A stretch of 64,000 nucleotides of DNA from Macrostomum lignano (lineage: Eukaryota): assembly GCA_002269645.1 (NCBI GenBank), contig NIVC01000695.1:409522-473521 (forward strand), given 5' to 3'. Made by a program: the position numbers and the translations under genes. Below the pieces are notes generated by a model. It was not told where the DNA came from. It was given only the letters and a program-made list of their open reading frames with translations, and made no database searches. Positions within the stretch are counted from its first letter, which is position 1. Every line of letters starts with the position of its first letter. Of the stretch, positions 24,781-59,354 are shown in pieces.

Positions 24781-26166
24781 AGTTTCCTTACCTTTTTCAA
24801 TTTACTTCAAGGATTATTAGTTGTGCAGATCTAACCTAGTTCCTCCTGCCTAATATATTCGCATTTAATTGTTTAAACTGCATGTAATACTAATAAGTAT
24901 AAAGTTCCGAGTGCTTAGGTAGAGAATTTTCTAATAAGTCACTCGTGCAACCATAGTGAGGCAAAAAATAAAGAAAACAATTTTTTTGACAAATAAAAAT
25001 CAGTTTTGGAAACTTAAAGCATAAAAGTACATACCATTGCTAACAATGCATTTGTAAACTCATTGTCATTCACAAATAATGATAGGTGCGAAAATTTCTA
25101 TACTGATTAATTTACAGAAGAGTGCAGCTTGTTGTACTCCAATCACCATTTTAGCTATAGCAGCACCCTATCAAAAGATTTTCTTAAAGCGCTCTATACA
25201 CTTAAATGGCAGACAAAATCTAGTTTAAATGAATTGGAAAGCGGTGGCAGTTAGACTATAATAAGTCGAGCAATTTAAACAAATCAGATAGCAAAATAGC
25301 AGCGACGGGCATGCATGTACGAGTATATAAAGGAGTTCAACGTTGCGTTGTAAAAAAGATGGCAAAATTATTGTTTGTACCAATGACGAAAGATGCAGCA
25401 ATATTTAGTCACTGCAAAAAGCACATTTCCATATGGAACTTCGAGCAGAGAATAAATACACGTACGACAAATCAATGATTCGTACGAGATACTTGCTGTC
25501 ATAATAGACTGAGAGCTGAGATTTCATTTTACAGAATTTTGTTAGTTTAAGCTAAAAAATTCGTTTCCAGTGAATCGGGAATCCTAGAAATTTACTGGTA
25601 ATCGTCAACAGATACTACTAATAACTCAGGTAGCTCGCGGTGCCACATCTCAACAAACGCATTTTAGGGGATGATAAAATCTTTCCTTTCAACTTGTCTA
25701 CAGAGTTATCCATTACACATTGCCTCAAAATATTGTTTCTCCTAAACTCAGAAATATTTGACTGTAGGATGTAAAGGTAATTTAAATTTCACAAAAACAG
25801 CAGAAAGTACATTAAACAGCTGAGCCACTACATTTAGATATTGTCGTCAGCAAGGAATGAGAACACTTTAAAGTAGAACATGTACGTTCTCAAGCATATA
25901 TTATCATACTACTGATCTAAAAAGCAACTTAAGAAATGCACAATTCTCAATCAATAGAATTACATCAAGAAATCACTGACATCAGTATCACATCAAGATT
26001 CAATCAAAGTACAACAAACATGTACAATTACATATGTATGTAGATATGTCAATGAAGATTTTAAGTACTTTTTATGTCAATTATTAAATACGAAAACTTT
26101 TTAAAGGCATTTGCGAGATTCGAACAGACAGAAAGCCTAGAAAACCCACAACCAGTACAGGGACTG

Positions 26167-49604
<23,438 letters not shown>

Positions 49605-49949
49605 TGTTTTATCAAACAGTGGTTTAAGTGCTTTGCTAATTGTTAGCTCGTTGCACAGAAGTTCGCTAACGCTGAGCTCCGTCGATTGCCTCTCATTTCA
49701 TTGTCGATAGCAGAGGTCTAATAACAATAAAGTTCTCTTTAGTTAACAGTAAGTACAAATATATGTGCACAAAACCATGGACTGTGCGCTGAGTGAGGGA
49801 TTGAAACAATTGTAAAAATCCAGGCGTGCACACAACTCTTCGATTTTGTCTGGGTCTGAGGGACGGGCTGGCCTAGCAATTTAATAATGGCATGCGTATG
49901 TATAGCGGGAGTTGGCAGTGAGGGGTTTGCCAACGGTTGCGTCGTTGGC

Positions 49950-50150
49950 TTGCGCAAGTTTCGCGTGCAAACATGCGTATAGTAGCTAGGGGGGAGGCTA
50001 GATTTAAATCCTCGCCGTCTGAGGGAGAGGACATTGTGACTGGAGAGGGACAGAGGGGCAGACAGAGAGAAAGAGAACTTTCATTGGCTGACTGCGTTTC
50101 ATGTCCAATCCTATGATCGCGTCGGGAATTTACTCACAAAAATTGGCGGC
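49950..50150 (-). promoter_or_regulatory. Probable insc proximal promoter region
   Basis: CCAAT-type boxes at ~50083 and ~50105 with locally CpG-rich sequence, 350-550 bp upstream of the insc ATG. TSS not determined. Confidence 0.3.
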
Positions 50151-50560
50151 ATTTGCATTTAGTGCTATTGATTGATTGAAAATTTTCGCGATGCTACTAA
50201 CTAGTAGCTTACGTAAGGAATCTGTTTATTTAATTTTTTAAAATCTAAGGATCTAAGCATTTAAGAAGGCGACAGAGCAAGTAAAAAACGTCGACAATAA
50301 CTGTTTAAAACCAAAAGTTTGGTCTGCTCTACTTTTATCAGCTGAAGACAAAAAAATTCTAGTTCTTGAAGAAGTTTTCGGAAAATTAGTTCATAGCCGA
50401 CTGTATCGATAATGCTAAATTTACTACAAATATACTTATTTTAAACTTAAGGCCTGCATTAAAGATTCTTAAAGTTTCTTCATGAGCGCAAAAATAGCAA
50501 TAAACGTTTTAAAACTTATTTCTTTAAGCAGGTGTTCACGGTAATTCAAAGAGCTCTTAA

Positions 50561-53500
50561 TTACTCTTTGTGGATTCCTGCAGTTTTTGCTATCTCAGCA
50601 TTCAATTTGGACTCGCTTCTGATCCCAGTTTGCTTCAGAAGTTCCGGGATGCTAGCCGCATTTAGTTGCTTCATCAGACTTTTAATGCTTCTGATGTTTA
50701 GCTGTGCCATCAGATCAGAGACACTGCGAATATTAAGTTCAGACATCAGACTTTTGACACTTTTCAATCCAAGCGTGTGCAGAAGATCACTTAGTTTTGA
50801 GCTGCCCGTCTCAACAATCAGACTGGAGAGATTTGAAATATGAAACTGCTTCATCAGAGACGTAACATTGCAGATACCAGTCTGTTCCATGAAAGCCTTT
50901 AAAGTTGGAAGACCCACTTTACGAACGATTTGCCGTAGGTTCTTAGCGTCGAGTTGCTTCATTAGTCCTTGAACATCCGAAATTCCCAGCTGACTCATTA
51001 GACATTGAAGATCAGGAATGCGTACTTGTTTCATCAAGCTCTTAAGGTTCTGAAGTCCGACCTCTCGTAATAGTTGGTGCAGACTCTTTGACCCCAGCTG
51101 GTCCATCAGCTTTGGAACGTCGGTAATGTTAAACTTGGTCATCAACTCTTTAAGATCGTCAAATCCAGCTTCCTTGATTAGAGCGCCCACTGTTCGTACA
51201 CCGCAACGCTTCAGCAGTTGACGTAGGTTCTTTGCGTCGAGTTGATTCATTAGTCCTTGAACATCCGAAATTCCCAGCTGACTCATTAGACCTTGAAGAT
51301 CAGGAATGCGTACTTGTTTCATCAAGCTCTTAAGGTTCTGAAGTCCGACCTCTCGTAATAGTTGGTGCAGACTCTTTGACCCCAGCTGGTCCATCAGCTT
51401 TGGAACGTCGGTAATGTTAAACTTGGTCATCAACTCTTTAAGATCGTCAAAGCCAGCTTCCTTGATTAGAGCGCCCACTGTTCGTACACCGCAACGCTTC
51501 AGCAGTTGACGTAGGTTCTTAGCGTCGAGTTGCTTCATTAGTCCTTGAACATCCGAAATTCCCAGCTGACTCATTAGACCTTGAAGATCAGGAATGCGTA
51601 CTTGTTTCATCAAGCTCTTAAGGTTCTGAAGTCCGACCTCTCGTAATAGTTGGTGCAGACTCTTTGACCCCAGCTGGTCCATCAGCTTTGGAACGTCGGT
51701 AATGTTAAACTTGGTCATCAACTCTTTAAGATCGTCAAAGCCAGCTTCCTTGATTAGAGTGCCCACTGTTCGCAAACCACAACGCTTCAGAAGCTGACGT
51801 AGGTTCTTGGCGTCGAGTTGATTTATGAGGTCTGTTAGAGATTTGATTTGTAGTTCGTGTCTCAGGCCACGCAAACTTTTTATTCCGAGTTGCTTCAAGA
51901 ATGCCATTAGGTTTTTGGAGCCCGTTTTTTCCATCAGTTCTGACAGCTTCTTTACATTTAACTCTTTCATTAGCCCATATACACCCTCAATTCTTGCCTG
52001 AGTTAATAAATCTGGAATGCTTGTCACACTTAGCGTTTGAACTAGCTTATTGAGGTTTGGCGAATTCAGCTTTTTCATCAAAGTGGCCAGGTTTTGAGCC
52101 TTAAGGCGTCGCATTAGGTCACGGAAGTTCAGCTGCTTTAGCTTCTGCTGAAGTGCAGAAAAGCTGGACACCTTCAGAGCATTCATCAGTGTTTCGATAT
52201 TTCGGCCATTGGCGAGGTGCCTCAGTCCGGGGATTTTTTTCAGGGCATGTATACTCTTCAGAGGTTCCAAATATTTTGACAACTTGTCAGTTATTCTGTT
52301 GACTTTCTCGACGACTGGAATTCTGGATATCGCTTTTTTAATTAACCTATCGGCAGCTTTGATTTTCTTTAGTCCCGAAATTGATTTGATAACTTTGCGA
52401 ACTTTTTTCTCCATTCTTCTGAGCTTCCGGAGTCCCGGAATCCTGTCCAACACTCCCGGGCCGTACTTGTCAACGAGTTTTCTGAGAACAGGGTTCCTGT
52501 TTACAATGCCTGTGATCTTGGCGTGTACACCTTTGATTTTTGCAACAGCAGGCAGTGCGTTGAGCTTTGCAAAAACTTTCGTCTTTAACGCTGTAAGCTT
52601 TTTTACAATCGACAGGCTCTTCAAATTTGCAGCTATTTTAGACTTTATTAAAAGAATCTTCTTTACTATCGGTACAGCCTTCAATTTTGTGATGATGAAC
52701 GTCTTGGCTGCCACAAGCGGCTTTACAAACAGCGTCTTTGCAGCGGCAGCGGCGACAGCTTTGAATTTAACGACAGCAGCTGCGACAGCTTTGAATTTAA
52801 CAAAAGCGGCAGCGGCGGCTTTGACTAGGAATGGCACAAAGAAAATTTTTTTGGATGCCTTCGTGGTTTCTGAAATTATTATTAATAATTAACTCAATTA
52901 GTTGGGGTGAATAAATTTAGACAATCAGACAATATAGCTGGTATCTCGTAAATGTATTACGTGTTATTCGATAACAACCAATATGAAAGCTAATGAGCGC
53001 TACGGTATCAAAAATGTACTATTGAGCGCATACATGCGCAACCCCCCTGATTTACACTGACCATGCGATTTACTTTTTGACCAAAAAATGTGACTTACCT
53101 GTGAAAGAAACCATACAGCAACATTAACGCAAATTTTGGGTAAACGGCAGGAGTAACTATCACTGTTCTATAAGGGCTAAATGCCTCGTCATCTAATTAG
53201 TACTACGTCTGTATTCTTTGGGGTGGGCATTTTTGCGACCCCTGGTCCACCACAATTTACGGTGACTAGATCGGCCAGGTCGGCCAGCAGTTGCGCATGT
53301 ATGATTGAGCGTGAGCGTGTGTCTGAGTGCATGTCTGGCGCTTTGCATCAGGGTGACTACCAGCCCACTTGCAAACTTCTACTTGTCTTATGCCTTATTG
53401 ATGTTTACTCACATCCAATTCTTGAGGTCCAACGTAGGCGGGCAGATTGGCAGTCTGGAGAGCATCCTTAGACTCTCTGGCCTCCTCGACATCCAAATCT

Positions 53501-53562
53501 GTTGCTTGACAGGCGACTACAGCGAGCAGCAGTGCAAGGCCGCCGATAGAGATTAAGCGCAT
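50561..53562 (-). CDS. Secreted precursor: signal peptide, acidic propiece, ~770-aa Lys/Leu/Ala-rich amphipathic body with 12-aa repeats
   Basis: Exon 1 at 53413-53562: MRLISIGGLALLLAVVACQATDLDVEEARESKDAL...GPQELD|GTGAGT. Large exon 50561-52869 follows acceptor AATTTCAG. It contains three near-identical 288-bp (96-aa = 8x12-aa) repeats. The phase between the two exons is unresolved (0 vs 1). Confidence 0.75.
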
Positions 53563-54162
53563 GGCTTTCTTTTGGAGATTTTAGTAAAATTTTTAGCGAT
53601 AGTTTTTGAAAATATAATTTAATATTGAGTTTTGGGCGTTGCCTGATCAGTTCTTCGGGTTTTAATAGAAATGCCGCATCCGAGAGACCCGCGAAGCCAT
53701 CCACACGAAAATAGCAGGATATGACAGTATAAAATGAATCCTTGATTTTTAGTTTCGCATTTTCGGTGATTCTGCTAAGCAGTGCATTGCCCCCCCCCAC
53801 TCAAGAGTGCCAACACCGTGATTCTGCAAATTTTCTGTCCTTGCTTTTTCATCTCCGTCATTTTTTTACTCCAGGATTTGAAAAAAACACTTTTGCATTG
53901 CTTGATGCTCTCTTTTTCTCTAGCGAGTGCAACCTCAAGAGAGTCAGTGGTTTCAGCTAAAGAGCAATGAGAAAGACAGAGAGCTAACGATACAGTGCAT
54001 AATGTTTAAAAAAGCAGATTTTTATAAAAGCTTTATCAATAAGTTGTGATAAAAAGTCCGAAAGTGGTATTTAAAATATTAAAACACACTACACTCATTG
54101 TATTAATTTTCGTCCTCCAGGCCAAGAACAGATTATAGAAAATACCGATGTGACGACGTACC

Positions 54163-54840
54163 TGGTGCTAAATCCACTGGTGGTAAATCAGCCTGGTGCT
54201 AAATCCCCTTGGTGCTAAATCCCCTGGTGCTAAATCCCCTTGGTGCTAAAGCCCCTGGTGCTAAAGCCCCTGGTGCTAAAGCCCCTGGTGCTAAATCCCC
54301 TGGTGCTAAATCCCCTGGTGCTAAATCCCCTGGTGCTAAATCCCCTGGTGCTAAATCCACTGGTGCTAAATCCCCTGGTGCTAAATCCCCTGGTGCTAAA
54401 TCCACTGGTGCTAAATCCCCTGGTGCTAAATCCCCTGGTGCTAAAGCCCCTGGTGCTAAAGCCCCTGGTGCTACATCCCCTGGTGCTAAAGCCCCTTGGT
54501 GCTAAAGCCCCTGGTGCTACATCCCCTGGTGCTAAAGCCCCTTGGTGCTAAAGCCCCTGGTGCTAAAGCCCCTGGTGCTAAAGCCCCTGGTGCTAAATCC
54601 ACTGGTGCTAAAGCCCCTGGTGCTACATCCCCTGGTGCTAAAGCCCCTGGTGCTACATCCCCTGGTGCTAAAGCACCTTGGTGCTAAAGCCCCTGGTGCT
54701 AAAGCCCCTGGTGCTAAAGCCCCTGGTGCTAAAGCCCCTGGTGCTACATCCCCTGGTGCTAAAGCCCCTTGGTGCTAAAGCCCCTGGTGCTAAAGCCCCT
54801 GGTGCTAAAGCCCCTGGTGCTAAATCCACTGGTGCTAAAG
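54163..54840. repeat. 15-bp minisatellite (TGGTGCTAAA[G/T]CCCC)n
   Basis: Direct tandem repeats with occasional 16-bp units. Confidence 0.95.
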
Positions 54841-55280
54841 CCTCGAGTGCTACTATGTCTCATATGCTCTATGTCTCATAAAAAAACCTTTAAAATCCAA
54901 AATTTGAAACCTATCCGCTCTTGTTTGATATGTTTAAGCAGACACATTCTTTTGCAGGTAGAGTTAGTTGTAAAACTTAGTAAGAGACCCTTTTTATATT
55001 ATACTCTTGAAAATTTGCTATATTTAGCTTTGCACTGAGTCAAAGGACGTCATTGTCATTTGTACGTCATTGTGCACTGGAAAGGCTTTGAAGAAAGAGA
55101 AACGTATTGGCCTTTTGTGCCAGAAGCGCAAAATATCAGCCTACTGCAGGACCCTAATGGAAAAGTAAATCCGTCTTTTTTTCATAATTTCTTGCATCGC
55201 TCCGTGTTACAAAATCCTTGATTACTTAGCGAGCTCGGCCTTCTAAATTCATGAGATGCGCGCAAACGAGAGAAGAAGCA

Positions 55281-55290
55281 TATATATAAA
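55281..55290 (+). promoter_or_regulatory. Candidate TATA box of the 55370 gene
   Basis: TATATATAAA about 80 bp upstream of the ATG. Confidence 0.4.
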
Positions 55291-55369
55291 CTAAAATATC
55301 GTCGATTTACGAGCTAATTTTCGTCCTTGTTATTTTTCTTCAAAAGATTGCTTACCTGCAAATTGAATC

Positions 55370-56350
55370 ATGCGCTTAAGGAGTCAAATATTTTTCGGAG
55401 TCTGTCTAGCTGTGTTGCTAGTGACTCAGGTCTGCTGCGACAGCGAGAAAAGTCATGATGACGATTTCGATGAGCAGCTGGCAGAGACGGCCAAAAGCTT
55501 GGTCGATAGCGAAATTGGTACCGCTGAAGATCCGTTTGCAGATTTCGATGTGAGTCTAAACCCTTGGAGTTTGTTGGCTCAAGAAGGCGGGTAGATGAGA
55601 GAGGAAAAGAGAGGGAATGAGGGAAGGAGAAGAAAGATGAGATAAGATATGAGGGAGAGAGGGATGAGAGAAGGTGTTCACGGCTGTTCACTCCAAGGAC
55701 TGGGGGTCGCCACACACACCCTCAATTACCCAGCTAATGCTGGCACCCATTTTACAGCTGGGTGAACTGAAGCAATGCAGAGTTAACTTTCTTGTTCAGT
55801 GACACAAATTGTTCCAGTGGGATTCGGGAATCGAACCCCCGACCTTCAAGTCTTTGATCACTAGGCTACAACCCTAGCTGCGACACGAGAGGAGAGGAGA
55901 GAAGAGGATAGCAAAGAGGAGAGATAAGATGAGAGAGGAGAGAAGGGATAAGATAGGAGAGAGGAGAGAAGAGAGCTGAGAAGAGACACAAGCCTCAATC
56001 GAACGGGCTTGCTATTGTAAAGTTTCAAAGGACCCGAGGACGGGATAGAGAGGCTTCATGGGCAGCATGTGGCCTTCGGGTCGGAGCTGTTAATCTTGTT
56101 CAATAGATTTCCGGACCAAAGCTAAAGTCTGAAGTTGAAAAAAAGTTCTAACTTCTGCGAGCATCTCCCATGTTTTTTGTCCTATGGTCCGACAAGTGAC
56201 CGATTACATTCGGTCAGCGTCTTTACCTCGGGCTCTGTTTAGGAACTTAAATTGACGTTCCCTTCTATAGCATCAGTACAATACAAGCTATCTACTAAAC
56301 TGCAGGATGCGGAGAGGCTGACAAAGAAGTGGCAAGAAGAGGACGAATAA
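55370..56350 (+). CDS. Secreted precursor 2: signal peptide plus acidic propiece; downstream exon uncertain
   Basis: Exon 1 at 55370-55549: MRLRSQIFFGVCLAVLLVTQVCC-DSEKSHDDDFDEQLAETAKSLVDSE...FD|GTGAGT. Candidate exon 2 at 56306-56350 after CTACTAAACTGCAG. Confidence 0.6.
55681..55875 (-). mobile_element. tRNA-derived SINE, second copy, in the intron of the 55370 gene
   Basis: Reverse complement matches 22893-23102 (GGTTCGATTC box B, CATTGCTTCAGTTCA[T/C]CCAGCTGTAAAATGG, CCCCAGTCCTTGGA). Confidence 0.8.
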
Positions 56351-56599
56351 AGGACGGTTCGGCAAAATGAATAACTTTTCAATATTAAAGTTGTTTGCTG
56401 CTTCCAAATCAGTGAAACATCGGCGCGAATTTTTGCTAAATAACATCTCCTGATAAATTTGTAATTATTATAAATATATAGTCTCGATAGGTCAGTTTTC
56501 TTCTAACTAAAGGCTGTTGGATTGTCGATTTTTTATTTTAAATTTCTGCTACATGTAGCCATCTACCTGTAAATTTGGGTATCTCTATGTTACTCTTTC

Positions 56600-56990
56600 C
56601 CTCAGATTTCTCAGATCTCCCTCAGATCTCCCTCAGATCTCCCTCAGATCTCCCCGAGATATCCCTCACATTCCCTCAGATTCCCTCAGATCTCCCTCAG
56701 ATCTCCCTCAGATCTCCCTCAGATCTTCCTCAGATCTCCCTCAGATCTCCCTCAGATCTCCCTCAGATCTCCCTCAGATCTCCCTCAGATCTCCCTCAGA
56801 TCTCCCTCAGATCTCCCTCAGATCTCCCTCAGATCTCCTTCAGAACTCTAAAATCTCCCTCAGATCTCCTTCAGATCTCCCTCAGATATCCCTCAGATCT
56901 CCCTCAGATCTCCCTCAGATCTCCCTCAGATCTCCCTCAGATCTCCCTCAGATCTCCTTCAGAACTCTAAAATCTCCCTCAGATCTCCCA
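56600..56990. repeat. 11-bp minisatellite (CTCCCTCAGAT)n
   Basis: Direct tandem repeats. Confidence 0.95.
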
Positions 56991-57686
56991 AAGAGGACCA
57001 TCTTCCCCGGCCTTCCCAGTGACATTTGACTGTCAGTGACACTTGACTATCAGTGATATTTGACTGTACAGAGTTCTAAATCTGTGCCTGCAGGGGGTCG
57101 AGACCTCAAATGCGACACTAATAAACAGCGCTAAAATTTCACTCAAATAAATAAAAAAATCACTGAAAAAAACTTAGGAGACAATATATAGGAGCTGATC
57201 AGAGAATATAGCGCTCGATATTCTCTGGAGCTGATTGATGGATGTCTGATTGCAAATGAATCTTTTTCTACCATAGATTGCTCAAATTAGCGTCTCAAAG
57301 CCATCCCCCTTAGCTTCAACTGGCTACCATAGTGACCATGTTCGTTTACTCTAAAAGCATCTGCGCAACACGGATCTTCTAGCAAACTTTAAACCCGGAT
57401 TTGAACAAGTTATTAGTTTATTTTGCTTGCAAATTTTCCAACCGGAGACAACTGAAATAATCAACTCATGGATGCTTTTCATCACAATATTTTCTTGTCT
57501 AAAATGTCAGTGTTACTATTGTCTGTGTTTTTGCTGCACAGTTTTTATTCTCTGAATATTCATTTTACATTGTGCCGAAGGGCGTAGACTATCAATGGCC
57601 TGTATGAGCTAGTTTAGCTAGCAGGTTAAACGATCTATTAGGGGGAGGGGCGAAAGAGACTGAGATATAAGAGCAGGGAGACACAC

Positions 57687-57706
57687 ACAGAGAGAAAGAG
57701 AGAGAC

Positions 57707-57777
<71 letters not shown>
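57687..57777. repeat. (AG)n microsatellite
   Basis: Direct observation. Confidence 0.95.
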
Positions 57778-57780
<3 letters not shown>

Positions 57781-58103
57781 GATGGAGTGATATTATTCAC
57801 ATATACTAAATATTGAATTTACTACCTATACGCTACTATCACGATATGATATCCTCTGCGTAATACATGTTGCAAAGTTATAGCACTTCTATCGTGAATA
57901 AGGTTATGAGAAGTCTTATTTAAAAAAAGTAATAGCTCTTATATAACTACCCATGGAGTAGCTAATATAGGAGAATAGTTTATTTTTTGTATACGAGTGT
58001 ACTATCAATTTTTCAATCAACTATGTTTTTATGGAAAACGGGTCTGATCAACTGGTTAAAAGTATATCACAGTTTTGTAAACGAAATTTTTTTTTGTTTT
58101 TTC

Positions 58104-58759
58104 TTATTCAAACTCGCCAAAATCGTTGCCATCCTCAATCTGTGGAATCGGGCCGGGCGGCGGTGGCGGCCTCTTCGGCGTCGTAGCTGGCGGCGGCGAC
58201 TCAGTAGTAACGCGCTGCGTTGTTGGCGGACGGGCTGTTGTCAAAGACGCTCGAGTATTTTTAGGTGTCGGTAGAACCGCAGTCTTCTTTGGTCTTCCGT
58301 TCCGGCTCCATCCTCCCCAGCGTCGTCCCCAACGGCCGCGACCTCGACCCCAGATCGGCCGACGTCGATTCCACCCATATCGTTTAAAAACCCGCTTGAT
58401 TTGTTTTGCTGCACGCCGAATCCTTCTGAATCGGGACTGTTTCTCCGCTTGATCGATTTCCTGTTTGTTTGTTTTTTGGTATTGTTATTTTATGTAGACA
58501 TGAACTAGCGAAATTCAATACAACGAGTCTGTCGCTAAAAACTTACGTCATCTTCTCCATCTTCGTAGTCGTTAGGAAGGCTTTCCTCAGCTGAATCTTG
58601 ACTTTTAGTGGCTTCTTCTTCACTGTCAATATCGTCGATGGCTTCAGCTAGTTGATGGTATTCACGCTCTGCAGGGTCATCGTGGTAGCGGACGGCGCTA
58701 CCTGTTGCCAGTGGCAGCAGCGCGGCGGCAAGGAGCGCTGCTATGGCAACAAATCGCAT
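58104..58759 (-). CDS. Secreted prepropeptide (189 aa) with Arg/Trp/Gly-rich cationic core; antimicrobial-peptide-like
   Basis: Exon 1 at 58547-58759 (signal MRFVAIAALLAAALLPLATG plus acidic propiece, phase-0 donor GTAAGT). Exon 2 at 58104-58460 (acceptor CAAACAG): EIDQAEKQSRFRRIRRAAKQIKRVFKRYGWNRRRPIWGRGRGRWGRRWGGWSRNGRPKKTAVLPTP...PPPPGPIPQIEDGNDFGEFE*. A 5'-UTR acceptor (CTTCTTTACAG) lies just upstream of the ATG. Confidence 0.85.
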
Positions 58760-59354
58760 ATTCTTGTATTTTCTACCGGCTGTAAAGAAGAGAAAATATC
58801 AGAAATTAACTCGGCTCCGAGATACAGCTTAAGCGAAAAATTATTATAAAAAGATTTCTTTTCGAATTCCCGGATTTTCATACTCAATGAAGTCCTGGAT
58901 ATGCAGAGCCAACAGTTTGTTTTGAATTGGCTAGTCACTATACTAATAGCATCATAAAGTTTTTTTTTCTGAAAAATTTCAAGCAAAACGAACGAGGCAG
59001 AAGATGCATCTACAGTAAAGCTCAAGTACCACCTGTGTCCATTCCAATGTTTTACTCTTTATATAGACATGGCCTTAATAGTCGTAGCCGCGACTAAATA
59101 AAACAAGTACAAGTATTTTTATTCTCCATGCAGTAGAAATAAATGAGGATTAAGGCTGGCGCATTTTGCTCTTAAGTCTTTCTCGTTTTCAAAGTTCTTA
59201 GGACCGCGTATGCGAAAATATTGTCATTTCAGCTTTTTTATTTCAGTCGGACGATCGAAAATAATACGACACCAGAAACCAAGAGATTTAAAGAGTTAAG
59301 TTAGATTTTGACTTAAAGACTTTTACGACGCTTTTCTCGCTGAAGGCAGCTAGG

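Noticed and set aside
52209-52892. 227-aa plus-strand ORF
   Set aside because: Antisense shadow of the Lys-rich precursor exon.
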